64,000 nucleotides of DNA from Negaprion brevirostris (GCA_030324005.1 JARDVH010000084.1:39784585-39848584), one strand, 5' to 3'. Positions 11,280 through 23,575 are shown, counted from the stretch's first letter. The notes: generated by a model from the sequence alone, not told the origin. Made by a program: numbers and translations.

Positions 11280-12080
11280 ACTCAAGTTACATAAGCTGTC
11301 ACTGGGAATCAAATCAAGCCTAGACCAGCTGCAGTAGAAATCAAACCCCTCTGACACATGATAAAAGCCCGTGCTGAGCCACAAGGTTTCCATTAAAAAC
11401 AGTCTGCAGCAAGATGAACAACTCAAAACCAGCTATTGATCAGCCCATCGATCTTCCGTGGGGGAACCAAGATGGGAAAAGTACCAATCGGGATAGGATT
11501 TCTTATTTATTTTCATCTCTGGCTTAGTGGTTGCCAAGCTCTGGTCCTCCCAGGCTTAAGCCGTCAGACATTTCTGACGGAACTAGCCAGGATGTCTGAC
11601 TGAGATAATTCAAGTTGAAGGCAGACAATCTGCTGTGTGAGCTGATTAGCCATTGACTTGGAACTTGACCTGTCTGATCCGTGACAGCAGCTTCTTAAAA
11701 GGAAGGCAGCCTGATAGAACAAATTCTACAAACCAAGTTGGCCCAGTGATAACAGGAAAGTGACTGCCTCTGTACATTCGGAAATAATCTTTCCTCCTTT
11801 TCATTCTCAAACACTGGCAAGTAGGGACACACCGCAGCTCGTAATGCGTGTGCACAATCTAGGACGTTTAACCATCTGAAGGGTGCTGCAATCACCTCGG
11901 GATCAAAGGATTACGATTGATAAGTTGCTGCATTAAATAAGAGGACACATTTATCATGCATTTCTTCAGTTCAATTTCGTAATACGAATGGAAGACATAT
12001 TTCCTGCAGTTGTTATATGCCTAGATATTAACCGCACACATTTTGAAATCTGCCAAAGAAACTGCATTTCAAAGGATCAA
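11280..12080. promoter_or_regulatory. Candidate enhancer / conserved non-coding element
   Basis: Repeat-free; five CAGAC/GTCTG sites (11402, 11565, 11594, 11622, 11672); TCF/LEF-type GATCAAAGG at 11901 and TTCAAAGG at 12068. Confidence 0.35.
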
Positions 12081-14199
12081 TATTTTACAGAACACAACTA
12101 GTTACACCTTTGCAGAATGTGGTGGGTGAGGCTGATGAAATAATCAACTTTATTGAGAATCCCATCAATTTTTCCCCTTGTACATTGCCAATCATACAGG
12201 CATACCATGCAGTGAGCAGAGCCTATGACACTGCTCCCCATAAGACTGACTGCCATTGGAAAAATGACCAATCGACCAAGAGGCATAATTGGATTTGAAG
12301 TTAATTTTTCACCCACTGCAGCCAGATCGACTTGCCAACCCCAACCCCAACCCTACCTAACTTACCAAGCTTCAGAAACAAAGCAGCTGCTAGCTTGTGC
12401 AAATGATCCCAGATTTTGGGAAGGAGTCATCAATGGGTTAGACCATCAGAGATCCGACCAGAATTTTTACATTTTAAACCATATATACGGCAAGAGGTGC
12501 ATGAGCTACTCGGATCTTTCTTGGGTGGTTTTGGAAAGGCAGTATAAATGTGTACTACTTGGCTAAGAAGTTAGCTCCTGACTGCAACGTAACACTAACA
12601 ACGACAAATTCACTACACATACACCACTGTCTGCCGCGCCCTTAACTGTGGCATAACAAAATGTTCTGTTCCATGAGCAACAAATTAGTCTGGCATTTCT
12701 TCCAGGACACAAAGCTGCAATAGGTGGGATTGAAATGTGAATGAAATTAGCATGATACAATAATATTATAATAACTAATATCTTAAAATTGGTAATATCA
12801 TGTACAAATTACAGTCATGTTTTAAATGGCAACGTTCTCAGGGAAGTTCTTCAAATGGTGTGATTGTTCTTCAGAACAAGAGTAACAATGCAAACAAACT
12901 TTAGACTTCACTTTAGGCGCAACTCCTTTTTCAAATAAAAAGCTGTGTAATTCTAAAACCTTACTCGGCAGTGGGGGAGGGGGCGGAAATAATATGTTGT
13001 GTTTTAATCTGCTTAAAAATATCACAGCGTTTCACTTCACAATTTTCTATTTAGTACAAAGGAATACAGGGTTTTGGAGCTCCATGGCCTAAAGAGTTAA
13101 CAAGTTAGCTGGGTTCTGAAGCAGCTGGCATCAAGCCTATAATCATTCAACATGTCCTTTATCACAGCACATGGTACAGTCTTCTGCCTATTGCTCTGTG
13201 CCAGTCTCACGGTCCAGGTGATAGCATAGTGACAATGCACCAGTATTGAATTCTTCTACAGACAAAGAATGAGCTCACTCGGAGTGAGCCCAGCTTACTG
13301 TCTGCTGCTCATGACTACACAGTCTGTCTGCCGACAGACAAAGATATCGGCAAGGGAGAGTTTGAATACAGTTTCTGGGTCCCTGCGTTTCAAAAGAGCT
13401 GAAAGCCAGCGGCCCGAGGGGTGAGGCTGGCTAGTCGCTGGCATACTTGGCTGTGCATTGAGCCAGGTGGCCTAAGCATACTGGCAAACGACTGGCATGG
13501 AGCCCAATGCAGATGGCTTGCATCACTTTGGTCTTTCCCCATGAAGCCTTTTAGACTGTGAACACAGATTTCTTTCAGGTCAGAGAGCAGCTTTCAGCAC
13601 TAAATCAAAGTTCTAATAAATATCCCATTGTCTTATTCTTTGTTCATGTGTAGCAGAAAAACTTCAAGCTCCATTCTCTATCTTTTCACAACTGACACCC
13701 AGCTTGTGGACTGTATACCCTACCTGGCCTCCCTGTTTTTTTAAAAAAAACATGCCTTCAGGTTAAAATAATCTCCCCCTGCCCCCACCCCCCCACAGTC
13801 AGAGCTTTTTATTGAAAGAGAAAATTCTTTCTAGCCTCCCACCGAACGCATTATAGATTTCATCAGTCTCTGTGTAGTTTCAGGTTTTGTATAAAACTGC
13901 AGATGAAAAGTATATTTATAAAAGAAATACCAGACCCCCAGTGTTATTTATACCATTGCAGGAGGTCCACAGTAAACTACAGGGAAGGATTTCAAACCTT
14001 GAATTTTGGATATAAATTATGCTGGAGGCCTTCTAGTCCCTAATTTATTTCTAAACATTACCTTACTTCATTTAGCACCGTGTGTGCTTCCAGTGTTTAA
14101 AACTGCTCTTTACTCCAGATCCATTATTTTTCCCAATGAGGATTTCACGCCTAATGATTCAATGTATTACAACAAAACTAATGTCTTTGAAAACCGTAC

Positions 14200-14600
14200 A
14201 AAAAGGACTTGGGTGTCTTCTATTCGCGAGGGGGGTCTTTCCAGTGTTTCATTATTAATGAGGGAGTCATGGCTGCTACGCATTAGTTCAAAGCTGATGA
14301 CAGCGGAGCAGCAGCAAAACTGCTGGTTCAATTGTATAATATGGGTCACTTCTGCTGATCACCAATACTCGGATCGGGGATAAGTTTCTATTGGTTTCGA
14401 GCTGGTGTGTAAGGTGGATGAGAAGGAGTCTTCCAGCATAGTTTTACACCTCTTTACATCATAATCCCGATCAGTCAATTCACACAATGGCCTATGCGTG
14501 GAGAGCAAGGCAACCTGTTCACCTGTTCTAGGTGTCATGTGTTCATAACTCAGGTCACAAGAACCAGGTATCTGCGGGTATTTTGCCCTTTTGGCAATTT
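14200..14600. promoter_or_regulatory. Candidate enhancer / conserved non-coding element
   Basis: Repeat-free with retained CpGs; T-box-like half sites at 14404, 14444, 14480 and 14530. Confidence 0.3.
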
Positions 14601-15289
14601 AAAGCTATCTTCAGCTTTCAAATCATGTTCATCAGAGAATACATGAAAATGAACTGGTTGCATATTTTAACAGAGGAATGAAATGTCAGTGTCAATCTTT
14701 CCCCAATGTCTTTGAGCATCCAATGTGCAGGGCCACTGATAGAATCCTGTTTTTACATTGGAGTGAGGTTTCAGAAGTGGAAAAAGAAAATGCAGTATTT
14801 TTCATTGTAAATTCAATTCTGGAATGGATAAAAAGTTATAAAACGCTACTTTAAAAAAATGTTTTTAATCAATGCCACAATGTCCCATTAATGTAACAAA
14901 ACAATTATAATAGTTTCTGCAGCCCTGCTATTTATATACTACCTTATTATGTTGAAATAGTTAAGAGTGTTTTACATGGTAAATTACTTTAAACCCTGCC
15001 TTATTTCAATAAATGATGTCCCACCATCAGTAATGAGATGAAAATTCTCTGTATTTCAGGGAAGAACAGCATCTGATCTTCCAATTAGGCACTTCATAGC
15101 CTCTCGGACTTAACACCGAGTTCAACTATAATTCACCCCATTCCCATCAAATTATTTTTAACATTTATTTTCATTTCTTCTATTGTTTCATTTTTCAATT
15201 TTAAAAAAAAACTCACTTTCCATCCTTTTTTCCCCTGACCAATATCTCCCCAATTTTCTAAATGGGGAAATAATTTAAAAACCAGAAAC

Positions 15290-15490
15290 ACACAAAGGGA
15301 CTTGAGGGTCCTTGTTCAGGATTCTCTTAAGATTCACACACAGGTTCAGTTGGCAGTTAGGAGGGCAAATGCAATGTTGGGCTAGAACACAAGCACAGGT
15401 TTGCACTTCAGAGGCTGTACAAGGCTCTGGACAGACCCCACTTGAAGCACTGTGAGCAGTCCTGGGCCCCGTATCTAAGGAAGGATGTAC
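15290..15490 (+). mobile_element. CR1 LINE ORF2 fragment
   Basis: QRDL.VLV..SLK...KANAML-like and RLYKAL.RPHL..CEQ.WAPYLRKDV motifs. Confidence 0.85.
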
Positions 15491-15822
15491 NNNNNNNNNN
15501 NNNNNNNNNNNNNNNNNNNNNNNNNNNNNNNNNNNNNNNNNNNNNNNNNNNNNNNNNNNNNNNNNNNNNNNNNNNNNNNNNNNNNNNNNNNNNNNNNNNN
15601 NNNNNNNNNNNNNNNNNNNNNNNNNNNNNNNNNNNNNNNNNNNNNNATGCTGATTTCTTAATATGCCGCTATCAGCACTCTTGTTAACCACGAACAGCAC
15701 CATCAACATTCCCTTTGTCTTTTTGTCTAAGACATCTTTGTCAATCTCTCTTGCCTCCACCACTCACTAGCCCTCTATCCAGCTCCACAGCTTCCCGCCT
15801 CCTCACCATTTCAATTGTCTTC

Positions 15823-15861
15823 AGCTCTGATGAAGAGTCATCCAGACTCGAAATGTCAGCT
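15823..15861 (+). ncRNA. Minimal hammerhead ribozyme motif (Penelope-associated), probably decayed
   Basis: AGCT-CTGATGA-A-GAGTC(ATCCA)GACTC-GAAA-TG-TC-AGCT: core boxes, 5 bp stem II and 4 bp stem I. Confidence 0.7.
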
Positions 15862-16249
15862 CTCTTCACTCTCCATAGATGCTGTCGGACCTGCTGGGAT
15901 TTTCCAGCACTTTTTATTTATGTTGCAATGGAAGAACTACTTGCTCTTCTTCAAATAACACTAGGGGATTTTTTGTTTCAAAAGGAATGACTGCTTACTA
16001 TTTTAGAGACACTGATGCCACAATCTTCTAATTTTCAAATCAGACTAGTTTTTAATTTTAGGGTAAACTACATGGATCGTGGATATCAAAAGTTACCATG
16101 CCATTCAGCTTTCAAGTAGGAAACTATAAAGAGTTTGTGAGAGCCATCTGTCCTGTCTGAGAACATGTTCTACACATCCAATTTAAGCTAGAGGTGGAAT
16201 CCAATGAAATACAGTGCCTTAGACGCAGAAGATTTTTTTAAAATTTAAT

Positions 16250-16503
16250 CTTAGTCACTAATAAAGTTACTGTGAAAATCTCTTTGTCACTAGACTCCAG
16301 TGCCTGTTCAGGTACACTGAGGGAAAATTTAGCATGGCCAATTCACCTAACCTGTGGGAGGAAACCGCAGCACCTGGAGGAAACCCACGCAGCCATGGGG
16401 GAAATGTGCAGACTCTGCAGAGACAGTGGCCCAATCCGGGAATTGAACCCAGGTCCCTGGTGCTGTGAGTCAGCAGTGCTAACCACTGTGCCACCATGCC
16501 ACC
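16250..16503 (-). mobile_element. V-SINE-type tRNA SINE, alternative tail
   Basis: Minus head GGGTGGCATGGTGGCACAGTGGTTAGCACTGC...GGGTTCAATTCC; tail TTTTCACAGTAACTT. Confidence 0.9.
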
Positions 16504-17564
16504 CAGAAAGGTGCAGAGAGTTGGTATTGGTGATCAAAGGATAACTGCGGTGCAGACATAAATGATCATTCTATGTTTTAGTCTTTCCATTTGTTATGTC
16601 TGTGGAAAAGTCAACATAACTGTCCACTTAAAATTGAGCTAAACGATTTCTGTTCTTCCAGCAATGTTCCCCAAATAAGTCAAAAAGGCATCAAAATGAA
16701 AGTGAATTGCAAAGTTGTTTAATAATTTCTGCTTACACATGAAACCCATCTTTCTGATTCAATTTCATCTGTTGCTTTTTTCAATGTAACCCGCTGTATT
16801 GTTCTACCACCTAAATTCATATTTTTTATTGCAGTATCTGCTTCTGATTTCCTCAAGTTGGAAGAACTTTTTAAAAAATATAATCAATAAACTGCACTTA
16901 GGAGAAACCTCGTTGTGCTGGGTTATGCAGTTCGTTCATCCTCACAAAAAATACGAGCAATTTATTCAAGGGAATCACAGAATTGAACAAAGGAGAAATA
17001 TTTTTCAAAAACCTTTTTTTATGCTAGTGATCGTCTTTGGTAAAAGAAATGCTCTGGAATCAGTCAATTTCTCTCTTTTGCCCTTGTGGATTCTATTCAG
17101 ATTGTGCATAGGTGAGAGAATGAGTACATATCCTACTACAGCTTGATGATTCGCCACGTGGAGGTGCATAAATGTTACCCGCACTTCTATCAATTCCACA
17201 GCTCTCTCCTAACAGATTTCAACTTTTTCAAAATCTAGCAGTGAAACTTTGCTCCACACTCAGCCTCGGTCACCTCTCACCTGTCGTCAACTCCCAATAT
17301 TTCCATATTCTCCAACAGCCATAACTCCTTGTTGCTCAGCCCAGCTCCAAAAAGATTCACAAAACTTCAATCTGGTTGATTGTTCAACATGTGTTAAGAG
17401 TAACAAGCTGCTGGGTGGTATGATAGAATTCGTCCTCACGGCTCAGTGCATCCACATCTGAGATGGGCTGCCCAAGGCACATCTTATCTATGATTGATTC
17501 TACACAACCCGAATTGGTCACAAGATTGGGTGAGGGACCCACAGACAGTGACAACATGCCACTA

Positions 17565-18680
17565 TATGGAGCAGTCAAATGAGCTACTTTTTCCTGATAT
17601 GCTGGTTGAGAAGTCTGCCAATGGGATTTCCACTACAAACACCACAAATAATACGCATTGGAATTCCTGCAGTTCCACACGCTATATGATTGGTCTTATT
17701 GACATCCTTGTAAATAGGGCCGAAGCCATTAGCTCACCATTAAAGATTGATGCTGAAATAAGGCACTGAACCGAGAAATACCACTTTTTATTATGCCCAC
17801 CCCAGGCATCTCCACATCATGCTGTAAGATAATGACTATCCCGATTACATCACTGCTTACTGTATATTGTGCCAACATATGAATGGACCCAAGGCCACTA
17901 CATTTGGTCATGAAAATGGCCCAGTTCACCAAAATTTTGAGTGACAGGTTTCACACTGCTACTATGCAGTAGCAACATAAGTGATATTGTCCACCAACAG
18001 AATACTGCTTTCAAGCTAAAAAGATGTTCTGCCTATCACACAAATGAATGTGGTATATGAATTTCAGTGCTGGTGTGTTGCCTTGATAGTACCACCATGT
18101 CCCTTCAATTGTTTGCAACTGGCAAATTACTGACCCCAACCAATGAGACCCCATGCTTGCAAAATTCAAAACATCATGTCCAACATTGGGTGTAATTCTG
18201 TGGTTGGACAACACATTTTAAGCAATCCTGATTTTGCTAAGAATTACACTGACAACCAATTTAAGACTTTTAGTAGGACTTGGGGCGTGGCACAATTATG
18301 CATGCTAGGAGCTATATATATATATTCACAAAAAGGGCCCTGCCATTTGGAGGCAAAAGGAGCATGTCCACATATTGCACCTTTTTCAATTAAATAAAAA
18401 CTTGGGGGACAGCCATTCCTTGATTTATTCCCCAGAGCAATGCCTTGAACAATCAATATCAATCTGCCTGCTTTGAATGTAAACAAAAGCTTGGCAGTTA
18501 ACTGTTGCCTGGTGCATTCTCCATGGCAAAACCTCAACCAGAGTCCACTTGCCAATGAATCAGCACTCCCTTCTCATGCAGTGTAAATTGTTGGTCCATT
18601 TACAACTGGTATTCTTGCAAATCTGATTCGATGAGTATGAGATGAAACATTTCAACAGAATGTTTCTTTTTTCAGCAATA
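17565..18680 (+). mobile_element. Degenerate Penelope-like retroelement (RT C-terminus, GIY-YIG endonuclease, 3' repeat)
   Basis: Translations MEQSNELLFPDMLVEKSANGISTT..HWNSCSSTRYMIGLIDILVNRAEAISSPLKIDAEI, DNDYPD, KDVLPITQMNVVYEFQCWC and CNSVVGQHILSNPDFAKNYTDNQFK..LGAIYI, with stops and frameshifts. Confidence 0.85.
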
Positions 18681-18699
18681 TGCAATTCAGCTTCAATTC

Positions 18700-19705
18700 C
18701 AGAGCATGTGGCCTGGACAGCTGAAGGCTTTGTTAATATTGCAGGCAATGGTGGTGCACAAGAGGCCAGTGACAGAGGACCAGCACATTTTGGAGCTGGC
18801 ATAGGGTTGGAGAGAAAGTTCTAGTGATCAAGATGGCAATTTGAGGCAGTGGGAAACTGAAAACTAAGGTAAATCTCTGAGGAAAGGGATGAGACTTGTG
18901 AAAGTTAGGATAGAAGAATTTCAATGATCTACAGTGTACAGAAGTGGAGAATGAGAGGTTGGCCAAGAAAACATTAAAATTAACGATAATAGCATTGCCA
19001 AGGGATCCAGCACTGGGTGGCCTTAGGTAGAAATGGAACAGGCAATGTTATGTAGGTTGTTTGGCAAAGTTGGGGCTGTCTTTCTTGGAGAGGAGAAAGT
19101 TGAGAACAGATTTAATAAAGGGATTTTATAAAGAGTCTGGACAGAACAGATAACGAGAACCATAGATGGGAAGATCAAGAATCAGAAACCATAGATTTAA
19201 TTAACTGGCAAAAGAAGCATTAGCAACATGGGGAAAAGCTTTCCTGTGCAGCAAGGTGTGATCTGGAAGACACGACTTGTAAGTGTGGTGGAGGCAGATT
19301 CAATAAGGATATTCAAGAAGACATTGGATTATTATCCAAAAAGGGAGAATGCGCAGGCTTACAGAGAAAAGGAAGGTGATTGCTATTTCAGACAGCAAAA
19401 ACAGACATGAATGGTCAAATGACCATCTTCTGTGTCTTCTACAGTCATTCTACGATTCTAAGTCACAATGGACAGCCATTAATGAGAGTTTAGTTTGAAG
19501 TCAGATAGCATGTGGAGGCTACTAGCAAGGATACTGAGGGCCAAAAATAATTGCATTGTTCCTTCCAATTTTTAACTAAAGAAAATGCAGTTCGGCTACC
19601 ACTGAGTTCCTGACAAGCAGTCCAATAGCACAGCAGCAGCAGACAGATTGACAGAAGCAGGCGAGTTGAGTTTCATTTGTGGACATATGAAAGTAGACCC
19701 CATTA
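18700..19705 (-). mobile_element. Old L2-type LINE fragment split by a CR1 insertion
   Basis: Minus strand near 19700 translates to VYFHMSTNETQL, resembling FHMYADDTQL; degraded downstream ORF2-like sequence. Confidence 0.55.
19065..19460 (+). mobile_element. CR1 LINE 3' fragment
   Basis: LGLSFLERRKLRTDLIK-like segment, GTGGTGGAGGCAGATTCAATA and tail ...CATTCTACGATTCTA. Confidence 0.8.
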
Positions 19706-21704
19706 CAGGGCATAATTTTAATTCACTCATTCACTTACACAGAATTAAAATCAGGTCCTGTGCCTGCAAAATGAGGCTTTTAAAGTTGCTCTTGAAGAAA
19801 GCTGGCACTGCTGTGATGGGCTGAATGGTGTCCTTGTCTGATGTAATCATTCTACGATTCTAGGATTTCTGAAATCAAGACTTGCTTCATGCTCGACAAG
19901 AATTGGTTTTGTTTCTTTTACCTGGAGCATCATAAAAAGATTTTGTTTCCAGATAGATATTATAGCTATTATATCATTCGGTTCTGAAAAGACAGACAGG
20001 CTTACAGAGGCATTTTGCTAAGCTTCAGAAGACCACGTTGAGAAGTAATTTTTTTTACACTTTGGCAGTAAATTGCAAACTGACGTGTGGCAAATGGACA
20101 TAAACTTTTGCAGCTGATGTTATGTCAACAATGAAAGCTGTAAAAACTCAATTTGGGTATTTTTGTTTGGAGATTACATTGTTAATTTTGTTTTTAAAAA
20201 TTACCAAATAAAATTACTCCTTAAAAGAGGGAGAAGAATGACAAAGAAAATGTTTCTTTCTTCTGGTTCATACTGCTTGCATTTTTCTTTCTTTTTTAAA
20301 AAATATACAATGCTGTGCAAGTGCTCCCTCTGGTACCAAGCTGTGTTGGGGGTTGGGAAAGGGGGTCAAACTACAAGCTCACTTTTGGTAACATTCCCAG
20401 AACATATGGGAAGATATGGCTCCACAAAGCTACGTGAAACAGATGTTTAAAGAACTAATGCTAACAGACCAAAAAACGTGCAAATAGAATCTAAGGAACT
20501 GTACACAATAAATCCAGTCCCAGGGTCTTTCTGCAGTGCCATGAGAGTGCCTTAGAGACATGTAGCATCGCTTGGAAAAATAGCAACATCNNNNNNNNNN
20601 CGTTCACTCTGCTCTGCTGTACTCAGTTGAAATATGCACAATGTCCCATTATTATTGAATCATTATCTGGCTATAGCTCTGACAGAAGCATCATATGGGC
20701 TATGAAAGACTCCTTTCTTTTCATGATTAGCCTTTAAAACATTTCCTCATGTTACAGTCCTTTACAGCCTCCCAGAATGCGCTGCTAAATTACAGCGCTG
20801 AAATTAACTGTATGCCGTTGTGATTTTATGATAAATAAAGGGGAATTGAGCCAGTCTGACCCAGTACACGTTTAACCCTTCACCGAACATTTAAGTATAA
20901 AGCGTAGCGACGCAGAGAAACTTTAAGAAACCGTTGCCTTGGATGAAAAAAAGGATTCCAGATGTTTGTTAATAAGTAATGAACACATATATAACTTAAA
21001 AAATATTCCAACCCTTGCAATGATGNNNNNNNNNNNNNNNNNNNNNNNNNNNNNNNNNNNNNNNNNNNNNNNNNNNNNNNNNNNNNNNNNNNNNNNNNNN
21101 NNNNNNNNNNNNNNNNNNNNNNNNNATCATGAAAACTATTCCTTTATTTGCACACTTTGTGCCTTTTGTTGCCAAACTAATTCTAGCTTCCATCATCAAC
21201 CTGCAACACAAATATTCTAGCACATCTGCAGACTTTTGATGGGTTGCAAAAGATAATCAAATTTTACCCCAGGTGTCATCTGGATGAGTGAAATATAGAA
21301 CTCGCAACATATGCTATATCTTGACCCCACAAAAAAATGGAAGTGATCTTTCATGATTGGAAGAAATTTGATAGAGGAACGCAATTACCTCCGCCATTTC
21401 CTGCTTCCTTTCCAGCCCAAGCGTGTCCTTTTCCAGTCACTTCCCTTCATGGTTTCACACTTTCCCCAGTCATGCCCCTTCCCAGCCACGCTCCTCCTGG
21501 TTTTCCTCTTTTCCAACGTTTGCACATGTGTTTAAATTATTTAAGAATATTCTTGAAACCAATATTTTTCCAGCCACTTTGTAATGCTTATGAAGAATTT
21601 CTTCTAAAAGCATCTCAAGTGGAGCATTTCATATTTGAGCTTCCATAAAATGAAGGAAGACATCACAGAGAGACCTGCAGGGCCCAGATCTTTCCAGGCC
21701 TTTT

Positions 21705-22172
21705 TTTAAAAATTCATTCATGAGATGTGGGTGTCTTTGGCTAGGTCAGCACTTTTTGTCCATCCATAATTGCCCTTGAGAAGGTAGTGGTGAGCTGCCT
21801 TCTTTAATCGCTGCAGTCCCTGTGCTGCTAGGGAGAGTGGCCCAGGATTTTGACCCAGCAACAGTGAAGGAATGGCGATATATTTCCAGGTCAGGATGGT
21901 GAGTGGCTTGGAGGTGAATTTCCAGATGGTGGCGTTCCCATGTGTCTGCTGTGCTTGTCCTTCTAGACGTCAGTGGTTGTGGATTTGGAAGGTACTGCCG
22001 AAGGAACCTTTATAAGTTCCTGTAGATGGTGCACACAGCTGCTACTGTGCATTGGTGGTGGAGGGAGTGATTGTTTGTGGGTGGAGTGCCAATCAAGTGT
22101 GCTGCTTTGTCCTGGATGGTGTCAAGCTCCTTAAGTGTTGCTAGAGCTCCACTCATTCAGGCAAGTGGAGAC
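21705..22172 (-). mobile_element. CR1-group LINE 3' end
   Basis: Minus translation SPLA*MSGALATLKELDTIQDKAAHLIGTPPTNNHSLHHQCTVAAVCTIY; ends ...CACATCTCATGAATGAAT. Confidence 0.85.
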
Positions 22173-22477
22173 AACAGCCAACAATCAACAGCCAAACTAC
22201 ATTAGCTTAGCACATGGACCCTGCTGAGGTACAGACATACATAAGATTCAGTAAAAGAGCTGTGGGTTGAGTGAAGTTTGGCAAGCTGTAAACTTGGAAC
22301 AAGTTGACAGATTCAATTTTCTTGCATATGCCAGTTACCTGGTACATGATACTGCTGCTTAGTCTTACCTCACCAGACTTTTTTTAAAGCGAGCTGTCTT
22401 TTCCCATTTCGGCTTCCAGGCACAGTAAGTAGGGTTGAGTTTAGCCAGCACCTTCTGCTCAGTGCAATGTACTGCTA

Positions 22478-22640
22478 TCAGAGTCACCAATCCTTCTAGA
22501 TTGCCCGAGAATCTCCAGGAATTAAAGATCAATCTTGGAAGAAAAGTTATAGTGGCACGTTAAAAAAAAATCAGAGGTGGGAAGTAGGCAGTTTGATGAA
22601 ACCTCCTGGAAGACCTACACTCAGTGTTAGCAATGCTAAC
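22478..22640. mobile_element. Degraded non-autonomous DNA transposon (MITE)
   Basis: Degenerate inverted ends (AGAGTCACCAATCCT ... GTGTTAGCAATGCT) with internal CTCCAGGA-like repeats. Confidence 0.35.
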
Positions 22641-23404
22641 AGTTATTTGCTGGGGAGTATGATCTGACATGATTAACAGGCAAGCCTCATTGTTGCATCA
22701 CGTGCTCCACACTGCGCTATCCTTCCAACCAAGTAAATCATTCACTAAACCCTCACTGTCTATATTTTCCAAAGGCTGAGCATTAAAAGAGGTGCCAACA
22801 TGGTTTTCCACCATAAACAGCCACTTACCTTCATGTAGACATATCCCTTTAATTTGGAGCAGTGGGGCCCCTTCATTACACAATTAAACAAGTTCCACCT
22901 CCACAGGGAGCGCAAGTAAATTATTAAAAATAGCTGAACTTGTAGAATCTGGCGATACCAATCAGGCAGGAGAGCATGATCAGTAAAGTGGTTCTCCTAG
23001 GTCAAAGTTAACTTATTACACTTGGGGTTTGCTGAATCCTGCACAATTAACAACCACACGATCTTGAAATTGGTCCTTTTTTATTGTATAAAGTAGCCAG
23101 AATACTCCCGTTAACTTTGTGGGAAAATACGTCAGCAAGTAAGGGTTGTAAGGACATAGCCCAGGTTCAACCCACAATCGATACCAAGTTAGCTGATAGA
23201 AGCTCATGCTGAATGGCCAAGGCATTGCAAAATAGAAAGGGAAAAGGAGTAAGTAGGACTGCAGGCCTTAAATACTTCAGTCACAAAACAGGGGTAACTT
23301 CAACTCTAGTCTCAAATACCATTAATTATGAAGCTGAATATCGAAATTTGGGGACAAGGGGAAGCTTATCCTGAGACTTAGCAACCTAACTTAAATGAGG
23401 TTTG

Positions 23405-23575
23405 TTAGTTTCTCCCACAGTCCAAAAGACATGCTGGATAGGTGCAGTGGCCGTGCTAAATTCTCCCTCAGTGTGCCCGAACAGACGCCAGAGTGTGATG
23501 ACCAGGAGATTTTCACAATAACCTTTATTGCAATGTTAATGTAAGCCTACTTGTGACACTCATAAATGAACGATT
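23405..23575 (+). mobile_element. V-SINE 3' half, alternative tail
   Basis: CTCCCACAGTCCAAAAGAC...GCTAAATTCTCCCTCAGTGT...TGTTAATGTAAGCCTACTTGTGACAC. Confidence 0.85.

Larger units (their letters stand above)
15059..15925 (+). mobile_element. Penelope-like element 3' fragment (GIY-YIG C-terminus and terminal repeat), interrupted by CR1 and a gap
   Basis: 15060-15130 translates EEQHLIFQLGTS*PLGLNTEFN; terminal repeat with hammerhead at 15823-15861. Confidence 0.75.
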
